A stretch of DNA of 64,000 nt, taken from Vermamoeba vermiformis (Eukaryota). Positions 1 to 9,838 of this stretch are shown in pieces. Location: contig JBEWZL010000162.1 of assembly GCA_045837725.1 (NCBI GenBank), forward strand, positions 124,001-188,000. The letters are read 5' to 3'. The notes under the pieces were generated by a model, which was given only the letters and a program-made list of their open reading frames with translations, was not told the origin of the DNA and made no database searches. The translations under genes and the position numbers were made by a program. Position 1 is the first letter of the stretch. Every line of letters starts with the position of its first letter.

Positions 1-20
1 GCCAATCTAACAGTTATTAG

Positions 21-2032
21 GCGCAGGAATTATCCGTTCGCCGGATTTTTTTACTGGAGCAAAGGCTCCGTTATTGACTCACCTTAACATCAGCCGTAAT
101 GAACTATCTGCAAAACAGTGCGAGGAGCTTGGTGTATTAATAGCTAACTGCAGACAGCTCGAATTATTTAACGCTCGATGTACGAGTATAATGCAGCAAT
201 TATGACTGATAACACTATTATTATCAGCGATGGGAAAATCCGATTTGAAAGGTTTATTGCCGCAATTGAAATTCCTCAAACGGCTGAAAATACTTGATCT
301 CAGTGGTAAGTACCACCGTGTAATTAGCTTATTTGAATTAATTCAGGCACCAAGGCTATGAGTTTGACGAAGACGCTATGCAACTTTTTGCTGATTCTAT
401 TTGTGAATGCCGAAACTTAGAGCACTTGGGTTTATCTGAAAGTCTCCGAGTGGTTGGCTTCAAGAAATTAGTTGCCACGGTATCAAAGTGCCACTCGTTG
501 AAATACTTGGACTTATCAAAAAGTAAGAGAATACCTATGTTAAAACTGGTGTAACCATTTTTCAGACAAAACCAATCTATGGCTTGACGAACAACTCTAT
601 GATATCGAGTTTTTACTGACGCATAACTCTTTGGAAGACTTGGATCTGTCATGTATGATTTCTTTAGTTAACAAAATTACTAACAGTCGGAACAGACAAT
701 GGTTTCACCAACAATGACATCAATTATCTTGCCAAAGCCTTTTCAGAATCTCAACACAGGGCACTGGGGCTCGATGGCAATAGCTTTAACAACGATGGCT
801 TGGATCAGTTGTTTGATGCCATAGAGTACAACAATTACATTAAGACTTTGAATGTGGATCGTAAGACTATTGCCAATACCTGTCAATCGATTGAATAGGC
901 TGCCTGACCAGTTCACAGGTATCCCTTTCACTGCTGAAGGATTGGAAATAACCCTCAAAAAGCTACAAAAAAATACATCATTGTGCACGCTACGCATTCT
1001 TTGTAAGTGAACTTCCAGTATCTTTTGTTATTATTATTATTATTAATATTACTTTTCATAGTACCAAGAGGAGTGGAATCGTTGTATGAAGTAATCGAAG
1101 ACTGCATGGATTTAAATTTAAAGCGAACGCATTTTGCAAACGGACATGACGAAGTATCGTTATCAACCAAGCTCAAAATTAGCGAATTGAACCACCAAAT
1201 TGATAGTGAAAATCTTCAGCTACGAAAAAAAGGGGAACGTCTCGAGCAACTCACAAGTTGGAAGTGGCAATATGAGCTACAGCAAAAAAACTGGGAAAAA
1301 CACATGAAAGAGCCCATTAGCTCCTGGAATCACAACACAGTCGAAGAATTTATGAAGGAGATTATGTTGGGTGATTTTGCGCAATATTTCAAAGAGCATG
1401 AAGATTTTAACGGCCAAATGCTGTTACGGATGAACTCTCTTTATCTACACAAAGCTGGTCTAACGTTTGAGCAATCTAAGCGACTTCAAGCATCCCTTTT
1501 CTTGATTCACAACTTTCAAAAGCTGACTAATCCACCACACGTTTTTGAATGGACGAACGATGAAGTCTTGAATTGGCTCAAAGAGAAGAACCTTGGAGAT
1601 TTGAAAGAGTATTTTAAGATATCGCCTCAGGTAAACAACTAACGATAAATTTAAATTAGCGTACTTACTGGATTGTAGTACCTGATAACGGGAAAAGAGC
1701 TGCTGTTCTTGGATAACTACGATTTGATCGATACTTTGCTCTTGGACCCGAAACAAGCAGCGATGGTAGAAGTAGCGATTCAAAGCCTACAGCAAAGTCT
1801 TATCAAGCGCAAAGTCCCTGACCACTTCAAATGTCCGATCACATATGAAGTAATGAAAGACCCTGTGATAGCCAGCGATGGACACACGTACGAACGAAAA
1901 GCCATTGAAGAGTGGTTGCAAAATCACGATCGCTCGCCACTCACAAACGAAAAGCTGCAAGATAAGAAAGTATATCCGTGTCTCTACTTGAAGACCAGCA
2001 TCGCCGAGTTCTTGAATGCCAATAACAACTAA
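21..2032 (+). CDS. LRR (RI-like) - coiled coil - SAM - SAM - U-box protein, copy 1 (5' end outside window; multi-exon)
   Basis: Spliced phase-1 exons give LRRs (LTHLNISRNEL, LKILDLSG, LKYLDLSK, LEDLDLS). Then SAM-like PISSWNHNTVEEFM...FNGQMLLRM and PHVFEWTNDEVLNWL...ITGKELLFL, and U-box VPDHFKCPITYEVMKDPVIASDGHTYERKAIEEWL ending at stop 2032. Confidence 0.85.
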
Positions 2033-2361
2033 TAAGCTCGAATTACATTTTGCTATGATCCATGCCAAGTGTTGAATTCACCTGTAAGTTAATATAAACG
2101 ACATTTATTTAACTCATTCGGAGATTATTTAGATACGTCAGAAATCTAGCACCGATTTGACACGCCTCAAATAACTTTTCTTAGCAACTCAATATTACCT
2201 CGTCAAGTTGCTCATGTATCAAATGAGTAACAATTAATATCGTGCTCAACTCCGTTTTAAATTAGAAGCTGTTAAAAGGAACTTCATAACGTGATCTGGA
2301 ACTGGGAACGATTGGAAACACTTCACAGCTAAAAAAATTTGTTATTTAGTTTCTCACTGCA

Positions 2362-5300
2362 ATGCAGGTGAAACAAGAAAACGAAAAGCGTCGCTATAGC
2401 GATGTCGGTATTAAAAGACCCGCAGTAGACTTCATAGATCTGACACCAACGAAGCGACCAAAGATCGAGAATATTTTGATGTAAGTGCAGCTTACTCAAA
2501 CCACCTAAATTAATTTTTTTGTATAGAACTTCAGGTGAACAACTAGGCGAATTTTACAAGCTAAAAAAACATTTCGTTTTGGATCGAGCTTTGTCCAAAC
2601 TACCAATTGGACGATGTAAGTGTAAATAATTAATTTATATTACTAACATAATAAATATTTTAGATTTGTCGCAAGTAACTTGCACTGTAAAAGAAATGTC
2701 TTGGTTAGAAACCGAGATGCGCAACCAGACTGGGTTGACAGGTCTAGATCTCCGAGGTAAGCCTGAAATATATAACGCTAGTAATGAAATAATTAATAAC
2801 TACGTAAATTAATAGGATTGCAAATTGTTTTAGTACTACGTCTGCTGAGCATTTTCTCGACAAATAAAAGTATTGAAGAGCTTCGTCTTTCGCGTAAGTC
2901 AACGATAAAATTTAGCAAGTCTTTATACTAAAATATTTAAATTTAGTCGTTACTGAAGAGATTGCATTCAAGCTTGCCCAGATATTGCAAGTGGAACAAC
3001 TCACGTTGCTGGATCTGTCATGTACGGTCTCAAAGTCACTTCTCAATCTAATCATTTATTCGTAGGTTGCTCTATTAAACCAGCGACTATGGTGCCGTTG
3101 CTAAATAATACGCACTTTACGGCTTACAAAAGTTTCAAGTTTTTGGATCTTAGCCACAACGAGATCGGATGTGACGATCTCCGGAAAAAAAAAAAGAAAA
3201 AACGGTATTGTATCTCACTAAGAAAATAAAGTTAAGTTTTTTAGATCTCCCGGGAGATTTTTAGCGGTCACAATCGGATCCGATGGCTTCAATGCACTAG
3301 GACTCGTGCTCAAGAATAACTCATCCTTGCATACGCTTCTGATAGCAGGTACTTAGATGTTGCTATTGTGCTATTTTTCTTACGCTTTCAGACGTCGCAC
3401 AAGAAGACTATTCGTGGCAGTGGTTCGCTGAGGGTCTACAAGCGGCGCAATGTTTGACAAGGCTCGATATTAGTTGTAAGTTCATTATTGATGCTCTGTG
3501 AAATTTCATATTGACAGTATCCAGATAACCCGTTGACACCGAACAATGCGCAAGTGTTGGTGAATAGTCTTGCTGCCAATAGAACGATAGAAGAGCTAAA
3601 TTTAGCTGGTAAGAAGCTTGTTAACTTGAATTATGAGTCCGTCTAATGTACGCTAGCGATGTCCTTGCGTGGTATTGAAGCTGAGCGCATCGTTGCCGCG
3701 CTGAGAAGGAACCAAAATCTTACAACTCTGGATTTATCTCGTAAGTACTGCTAGTGCGATTACTTCGATAACTGACTCTACTTTAGGTAATCCTCAGCTC
3801 GGAATCGACGGAGCACGTGCCATCGCGGAGTTGATCGGCCTGAACCGGTTGAAAGATCTCGATGTGTCATGTAAGATTATGAGACCATAATTAGCTCTAA
3901 TTAACTCTTCTTAGTTAATGCCTTCACAAACCATTCAATTGCAGCCATTGCCTCGTCTCTACAACAAAACAGATCTTTGACCAATCTCTCGCTGGCTGGT
4001 ACGAACATTGCACGACTGGTATTTGATGCAGCTAACTAAATCTTATTAGGCAATCGTTTTGACGCTGTAGGCTTAAAGTATGTATTCGTGGCGTTGGCCA
4101 ATCACGGTCACCTCAGATCGCTGAATTTGAGAGGTAAGACTGGACTCAACACCAACGTCTTTAAGCTAATCTCTTAGACATGAAAATACCACCCGAGAGC
4201 TTTACCAACGTGGACCTTTCCGACATTATGAAGAACAAGTCATTAACAGACATTGGTGAGTTGATAGCATCAATAATAACTAAGCCACGCACTAACGATG
4301 ACTAGATATTCGCTCCGCTGAGTTAAAGAACCTCGTGAATACGTTGGTAACGCGCAACAAGAAGATTAAATCCTTGGACTTGGGTTCGCTTCACGAATAC
4401 ATTGAGCTGAAAGACTGGACTAAAGTGGAAGAGTTTTTCCGCGCCAATCCCTCGCTTAAGCTCTCAGACATTGTTAACGAAGAGATATTCCCAAAGCAAA
4501 CACGTGCATTGATTCATGCCACGTACGAAAAGTCCCAAAGTAAGCCGAACAAGAACGAGCCCGTAGCGAGTGTGGCACCAAGTCCGGTGAAAATTTCTCC
4601 TTCTCAACAATCAACGAACAACAACAACAACATTGCCGAAAATAATACGAATCAGAACAACAATAATAACAATAATACTAACCAGCAAGACGAAGGAGAC
4701 GAAGAAGATGAGTCGGAGGAGGAACAATGCGAGAGTTCTGCAGCAGCTGTTGAATACAAGCCTGAATCGATCTTGCTGGAGATTGCCGAGAAGAAAGTTG
4801 CGATCAAATACCTGACTAAAGAGAAGCAAGACGTGCGCAAGAATATTGACGCGATTGACGGCAAGATAAAAGAGGTGAAGAAGGACGTCAAGGCAAGTGA
4901 GGCCAAATTAGCGATCTGGAAGAAGAGCATGACAACTCCTTTCAACGAATGGACGGTTACGAACGTCTTGTTGTTGTTAAAAGAGCTCAAATTGCAGCAC
5001 GTGATGAGAATTTTCGAAGAAGATTTGGTCGATGGAAAAGGGCTCATGGCGACTGAATACTGTTGACATGAGAAGACTTGGATTGTCGTAAAAAGAAGCG
5101 AAACAACTCCAAAGAGCGATTTATATGATTGATAATCACAACTCATTGGCTGGCGGTCCGGATGTGTTCAAGTGGAGCTTTGAAAAGTTGAGCGAATGGC
5201 TCACTGAGAACAACTTGCCACACATTATCGATACCTTCAAGACGCATAATGTAAGTCGCTATTCATCCTTAAATATTGTTTGCATTTTAACGCTATTGCA

Positions 5301-5643
5301 GGTGACCGGCGCGGACCTGATTTTCTTGGATGGTTGGGACATTGCAGATTGGCTTGGTATTGTTTTGAATGATAAGCGTGTTCTCGAAGCGGCTATAGAA
5401 AAGCTGAAATCAACCATTGTCAAGAAGAAAATCCCTGAAGAGTATTTGTGTCCGATAACGCACGAAGTTATGACAGATCCGGTTGTAACTAGCGATGGAA
5501 ACACGTACGAAAGACAAGCTATCGAACAATGGCTAAAGAAGAACAATACTAGTCCGTTGACTAATAAGCCGCTGGCGAATAAGAAAGTCATTCCAAATCA
5601 GCACCTCAAGAACACGATCACTAAGTTTATGAACGACAAATAG
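2362..5643 (+). pseudogene. LRR - coiled coil - SAM - SAM - U-box protein, copy 2; apparently disrupted (or contains sequence errors)
   Basis: ATG at 2362, many phase-1 LRR exons, Asn/acidic linker, coiled coil, two SAMs and U-box IPEEYLCPITHEVMTDPVVTSDGNTYER. Has a 109-bp insertion at 3170-3278, a +1 frameshift near 5049 and an in-frame TAA at 5089-5091 in the first SAM. Confidence 0.7.
3170..3272. mobile_element. 103-bp MITE-like insertion with TGTGAC...GTCACA termini and 6-bp target-site duplication ATCGGA
   Basis: ATCGGA at 3164-3169 and 3273-3278 flank the element. Removing it plus one copy of the duplication restores the LRR LDLSHNEIGSDGFNALGLVLKNNSSLHTLLIA. Confidence 0.8.
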
Positions 5644-6048
5644 GAGAACTATAATTGTAACCTTCATTGCATACCATTAAAGACCAAATTTATTTTTATG
5701 CTAAACAACAAACGGCACCGGCACGGCATGTTGGTTTTTTAGCCGCATTTCAATTAAGCTTCATTTATTCGACCACATGACATATATTAATTTTAACAAA
5801 TGCCAAATTAAATTCGACAAGTTCCACTGAGCTGGCCTGGTAGAGAGCAAATTGAAATTGATCAATTTTTATTTTTTATCTACTTGTAATAATTATTAAT
5901 TAACATGTTATTTTTTAAAAGACGACTATTAATAAGAGCCTTAATTTTTTTTAATAATCAGACAGTATTTTCGTATTTTGCGATTATTTAAAATTTTACG
6001 GATGGCTTCGAAAATATGAGACTAATGACCATTATTTATTAGAACAGA

Positions 6049-7896
6049 CTAATTAGGGGCTCTAACACCATTTTTGCTATTAGCAGAGAAATCGGCGGCA
6101 GGGATGACGCTAATCTGACCGTCGACTTTGTAGCTGAAAGGAACAGTAGGCACTAACTGCTTGAAGATAATGCCCTTTGTTAGATCCGGTGTTGGGCGAG
6201 CATATCGGCCATACGCATCCGTGTACATCACAACAGAAGGTGAAGCCTGGAACACAATGCCCGAGAAGTGCGTGTTGGAATGCACTGAACCACGGAACGG
6301 CGAGCGCGTGTCATTCCAAGCGACTCGGCTGCTGCTGGCTGAGACTGCCTCCTGGCACAAAAGCGACAAAGCCATTGGATGCGAGGGCTGATAGCACAAG
6401 TCCACAGTGCGCGAGATCTTCGTGGGCGAGGTCGCGTTGTAGACACGAGCAGGATTGAGGAATGTGAAGTAGAACGAAGAGCCTAATAAGCCAGTAAGCC
6501 AGAACTCTCGCGTGCGCAAGGTAAGCAGCTGCTGTTGTTGGTCAGCAGTTCCACTGAGGTAACAATCGTTCGTAGGAATAGCGCGATGCATGCCACCTGA
6601 AGGCTGACTGGCCGGATTGGGAGGAATACCTGGGTCCACAATGGTGTTGCACAGATCAGCTTGAGGCGAGCGGAAAGTGCCAGGAATACCGAACAATCCG
6701 AACTGCTTAATGTTGAATGGCTGAAGGCCCTCACATTGACCGGAGACGAAGAGTTCGTGTGCGGAGTTGGACAAGGCATCAGGCGAGTGTGTGCCCATGT
6801 GCAGCTTGATCAAGACATTGCAGCGGCGGATCTGGCTGCCCTTGCTCGAGTTGTACAGTCTCCAACCATTAGCAACGAAGACTTTATGGCCAAAGTGATC
6901 TTCATGACGCGCACCACTGCCTTCAACAATGGAGTGAAGCTCATTGACGTATCCAAAAGCAGGCCAGCCATTCAAAGTGAACACTTCCGAGCCGCGAGGG
7001 TCATCTCCGTGATCGTGTCCGTACGTGCAGTAAGTGCCAGTCTCGGGGTTGAAGTCCACAGGAGGGTGCCACGTCGAGTAGATCTTGCCATCGTCGCCGC
7101 GAGTCCAGTAAGTGTCGTGCATCCATTGAGGACAGTCGCCAATGTCAGAAGGTGTCCAGAGTCTGTAAGCCTTGGAAAATTGTTCGCCAGCTCCAGGCAG
7201 CATTGCTCGGGAGCGAACAGTTCTACCAGAGATTCTAATGACGGGACCTGCAGCATTGTACGTCGAGTTGTATTGACGTTTTAAAATCTCATCAATTCGC
7301 TGTACAGTGCCACGAGCCCAAAAAGCAAACCAATTGAAGCGCATCGTGCTGCCAGTACCAGGGAAGACAATGGTGATGTTTTGAAGACCACGTGCTAGTT
7401 GCGGATTCAAGGGGCACCCAACAGTGCGATAAGTTGCTACAGAGCCGGTGCTTTGAACAGTGCAGGAGCCAACGACAGGGCCAGTAGACGAGCGGAGTCG
7501 GACCTCAACTTGATTAGTTCCAGAGGCCAGAGCAATGCGCAACATCAAGCTCTCAACGCCAGAACCAAGATCGAGGTTGCTGTAAGTCGCATAATTGCCA
7601 TTGGCCGTGTTGGTCAGCTCTTGGGTGGCCGGTTCAAATTGCAAGCCATAGGGCTCAAAGCTTCGTTCGTTGTAGTCACCAAAGACGAGTGTAAGGCCTA
7701 CTCGTTCCACGCTGTTGAGCGCATCCACACGGGCAAGGACGTACCATGGCGCAATAGAACTAGCAGGGATCAGTTGGGATTGGGCGGTCGTGCGAGCTTC
7801 AAGCACGTGGTCGCCTAGCTCGTAGTCGTGAGTCAGTACGAAGCCAAGCAAGGTAAGTGAAAGGCACCAAACGATAAGATCACGAAATCGCAACAT
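6049..7896 (-). CDS. Secreted protein with CBM6-like carbohydrate-binding module and uncharacterised His-rich C-terminal domain (intronless, 615 aa)
   Basis: Signal peptide. CBM6-like segment NTANGNYATYSNLDLGSG...VEVRLRSSTGPVVGSCTVQSTG...MRFNWFAF. C-terminal motifs WHPP, GHDHGDDPR, HEDHFGHK, HMGTHS, AHE. Confidence 0.8.
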   Translation of the reverse strand: MLRFRDLIVWCLSLTLLGFVLTHDYELGDHVLEARTTAQSQLIPASSIAPWYVLARVDALNSVERVGLTLVFGDYNERSFEPYGLQFEPATQELTNTANGNYATYSNLDLGSGVESLMLRIALASGTNQVEVRLRSSTGPVVGSCTVQSTGSVATYRTVGCPLNPQLARGLQNITIVFPGTGSTMRFNWFAFWARGTVQRIDEILKRQYNSTYNAAGPVIRISGRTVRSRAMLPGAGEQFSKAYRLWTPSDIGDCPQWMHDTYWTRGDDGKIYSTWHPPVDFNPETGTYCTYGHDHGDDPRGSEVFTLNGWPAFGYVNELHSIVEGSGARHEDHFGHKVFVANGWRLYNSSKGSQIRRCNVLIKLHMGTHSPDALSNSAHELFVSGQCEGLQPFNIKQFGLFGIPGTFRSPQADLCNTIVDPGIPPNPASQPSGGMHRAIPTNDCYLSGTADQQQQLLTLRTREFWLTGLLGSSFYFTFLNPARVYNATSPTKISRTVDLCYQPSHPMALSLLCQEAVSASSSRVAWNDTRSPFRGSVHSNTHFSGIVFQASPSVVMYTDAYGRYARPTPDLTKGIIFKQLVPTVPFSYKVDGQISVIPAADFSANSKNGVRAPN

Positions 7897-7953
7897 AGTG
7901 TTGTGGTGTTGTGCTCTTGTCGAAAATTAGTTTTAAACAAGACCGCGAATTTT

Positions 7954-7963
7954 GCCTTTTATG
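7954..7963 (-). promoter_or_regulatory. TATA-like element CATAAAAGGC
   Basis: About 58 bp upstream of the ATG at 7896. The identical 10-mer lies about 56 bp upstream of the ATG at 60896. Confidence 0.5.
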
Positions 7964-8528
7964 CTCATCACAGAATCTTCTATCTTCCGCATTTTGCAAG
8001 AGTGAGTTTGGCATCTAACAAGCACCATATAATTGAATATCTTGATTTGTTCAGCTTGCCTAGTATTGCGTATTCAACTTGCAGATTGCACAACGGCATG
8101 TGTCACGTGATGCACGGATCTATTCTCGATTTCGCCAAATTTACGATCGCTAGAAACCAACCGTCAATCATTTCCATAGTGAGGATATAAAAGGTTTAGA
8201 TAAGGATAATCGATTATGATTCCTTTAAAATTAGAAATTAACGTCCGGCAGTTTTGTGGTCCGACTCACATCCACGGAGCTCCGTTCGTGTCGCGGTCTC
8301 GTTAGTTACGAAACTCTGCTCGATTTATGGCAGAGGATTCCTAGGCAACTACACGTCAGGAATTATATGACACAGCGACTGTTTGATAACAACAAATTAG
8401 ACCGATAATACGTATCCATTGTTGTGACACCTGTCACAAGCCTCGTAAACGCCAAATTTGTCTTTTTTCTTCCGGAATTTTATAATCTTAGTTTCCTTTC
8501 TACGTTAAACCACAAATAACACTCTAAG

Positions 8529-9338
8529 ATGCTCAAGGTCGCTATATTACTCCTCGCGCTCATTGCTTTGGTCAACGCTCAAGTTCGAGTGACTCGTCTG
8601 TTCGGCCCCGATCCACAGTGCAGATCCAACTTCGCTCTTGGAGTCGTTATTGTAAGTACTCGTAATAACATATTGTCTCGTTGATAATAAATATCAATGT
8701 TAAGGCGACAATTCCGAACTGCATTCCATCGAACTGCACTGCCTCCGTGCAATCTGGTTTCTACGAGATCGTTGAATGCGCACAGACTCTCGACGCTGTT
8801 ACTGTCCCGCCTTATTGGCTCACTCTTTCGACGTATGGTGCTAATGACACTTGTAATATCAACAGTAGAACGAGCATCATTGGAGGTAAGTGCTTGACCT
8901 TAAAAATTTGAATTTAGCGCCGTACTAACCTTCGGACCAGCGCGCAATGGTCAATGTTTCCCAGCTCTATCTGGATTCGTTTCTTTTTCGTGCACTAGCG
9001 GCCAGATTACCAGCCAGTATTGCACTGCTTCTTGCGATGACAGCGATTGTGTGAGCTCGGAAGTGAACACACAATGTGAACAATCGAATCTTTTTGGTGG
9101 AATCTTTGCCAATTCACAATGCCCAACGCAACCGGAACCGCCCATGGCCCCCATAGCCCTCGACTTACCTCCCACTCCAGTTGACAGTCCGCTGGATAGT
9201 CCTGTTGCAACCAATAGTCCCACCCCAAGCATCTACATCCCTATTAGTGCTCCTAGCGCCGATGAAGCCACAAGCAGTGCAGCGACAATCAGCGCTTCAC
9301 TTTTCAGCCTTGGCTTTGTAGCGCTATATTTGTTTTGA
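8529..9338 (+). CDS. Small Cys-rich secreted, probably GPI-anchored surface protein (3 exons)
   Basis: Signal peptide MLKVAILLLALIALVNAQ. Introns near 8652-8704 and 8886-8940. Pro/Ser/Thr stalk and hydrophobic C-terminus SSAATISASLFSLGFVALYLF. Confidence 0.75.
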
Positions 9339-9838
9339 ATCTTTTCAATAAATTGCTGTTTGGATGAATCCGTTTGACACAATTCATACATCGCACGCGC
9401 ACGATAAGATAAATTAAGAGTGATATTCGTACTGTTACGTGCAGGTGAGGTACATAAAGTAGCAAGTCATATCAATCTGAGGTGAGATGACATGTGACGC
9501 CGATGAGTGACATAACTTATTCATTTCTAGGCAATCAATATGTAACGATATTATAATACCTTCATATGTTAAGGTTATAAAGAAGCGATAAAGCAAGAAA
9601 CAACGTTGGATCTGATACCGAATTTGTAATGTAAATTCGTGAAGCATGCTTTCGAGAACCCCAAAAAGATGTAAATTCCTTGTGATTACATGCATTCGTT
9701 GTTAGCCTAATATCATGACGCAACGTACGAAAGGAATCACATCAATATCGCAACGAGCAATCACGTGCCATTTTTACACATAAATTGGCAATCTCTTCAT
9801 TATGGACCACTAAATCGTATCTACGAACACACAAGAAC

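Noticed and set aside
4615-4685. AAC/AAT repeats as a repeat array
   Set aside because: They encode an ordinary poly-Asn linker; similar tract at about 13235-13265.
5089-5091. TAA reassignment or read-through (in-frame TAA here and at about 51400)
   Set aside because: TAA terminates many intact genes in the window, and both cases occur in genes that have other lesions.
6161-7818. Long + strand ORFs (e.g. 6661-7284, 7399-7818) opposite the CBM6 gene
   Set aside because: Antisense shadows of a codon-biased gene; non-ATG starts and no motifs.
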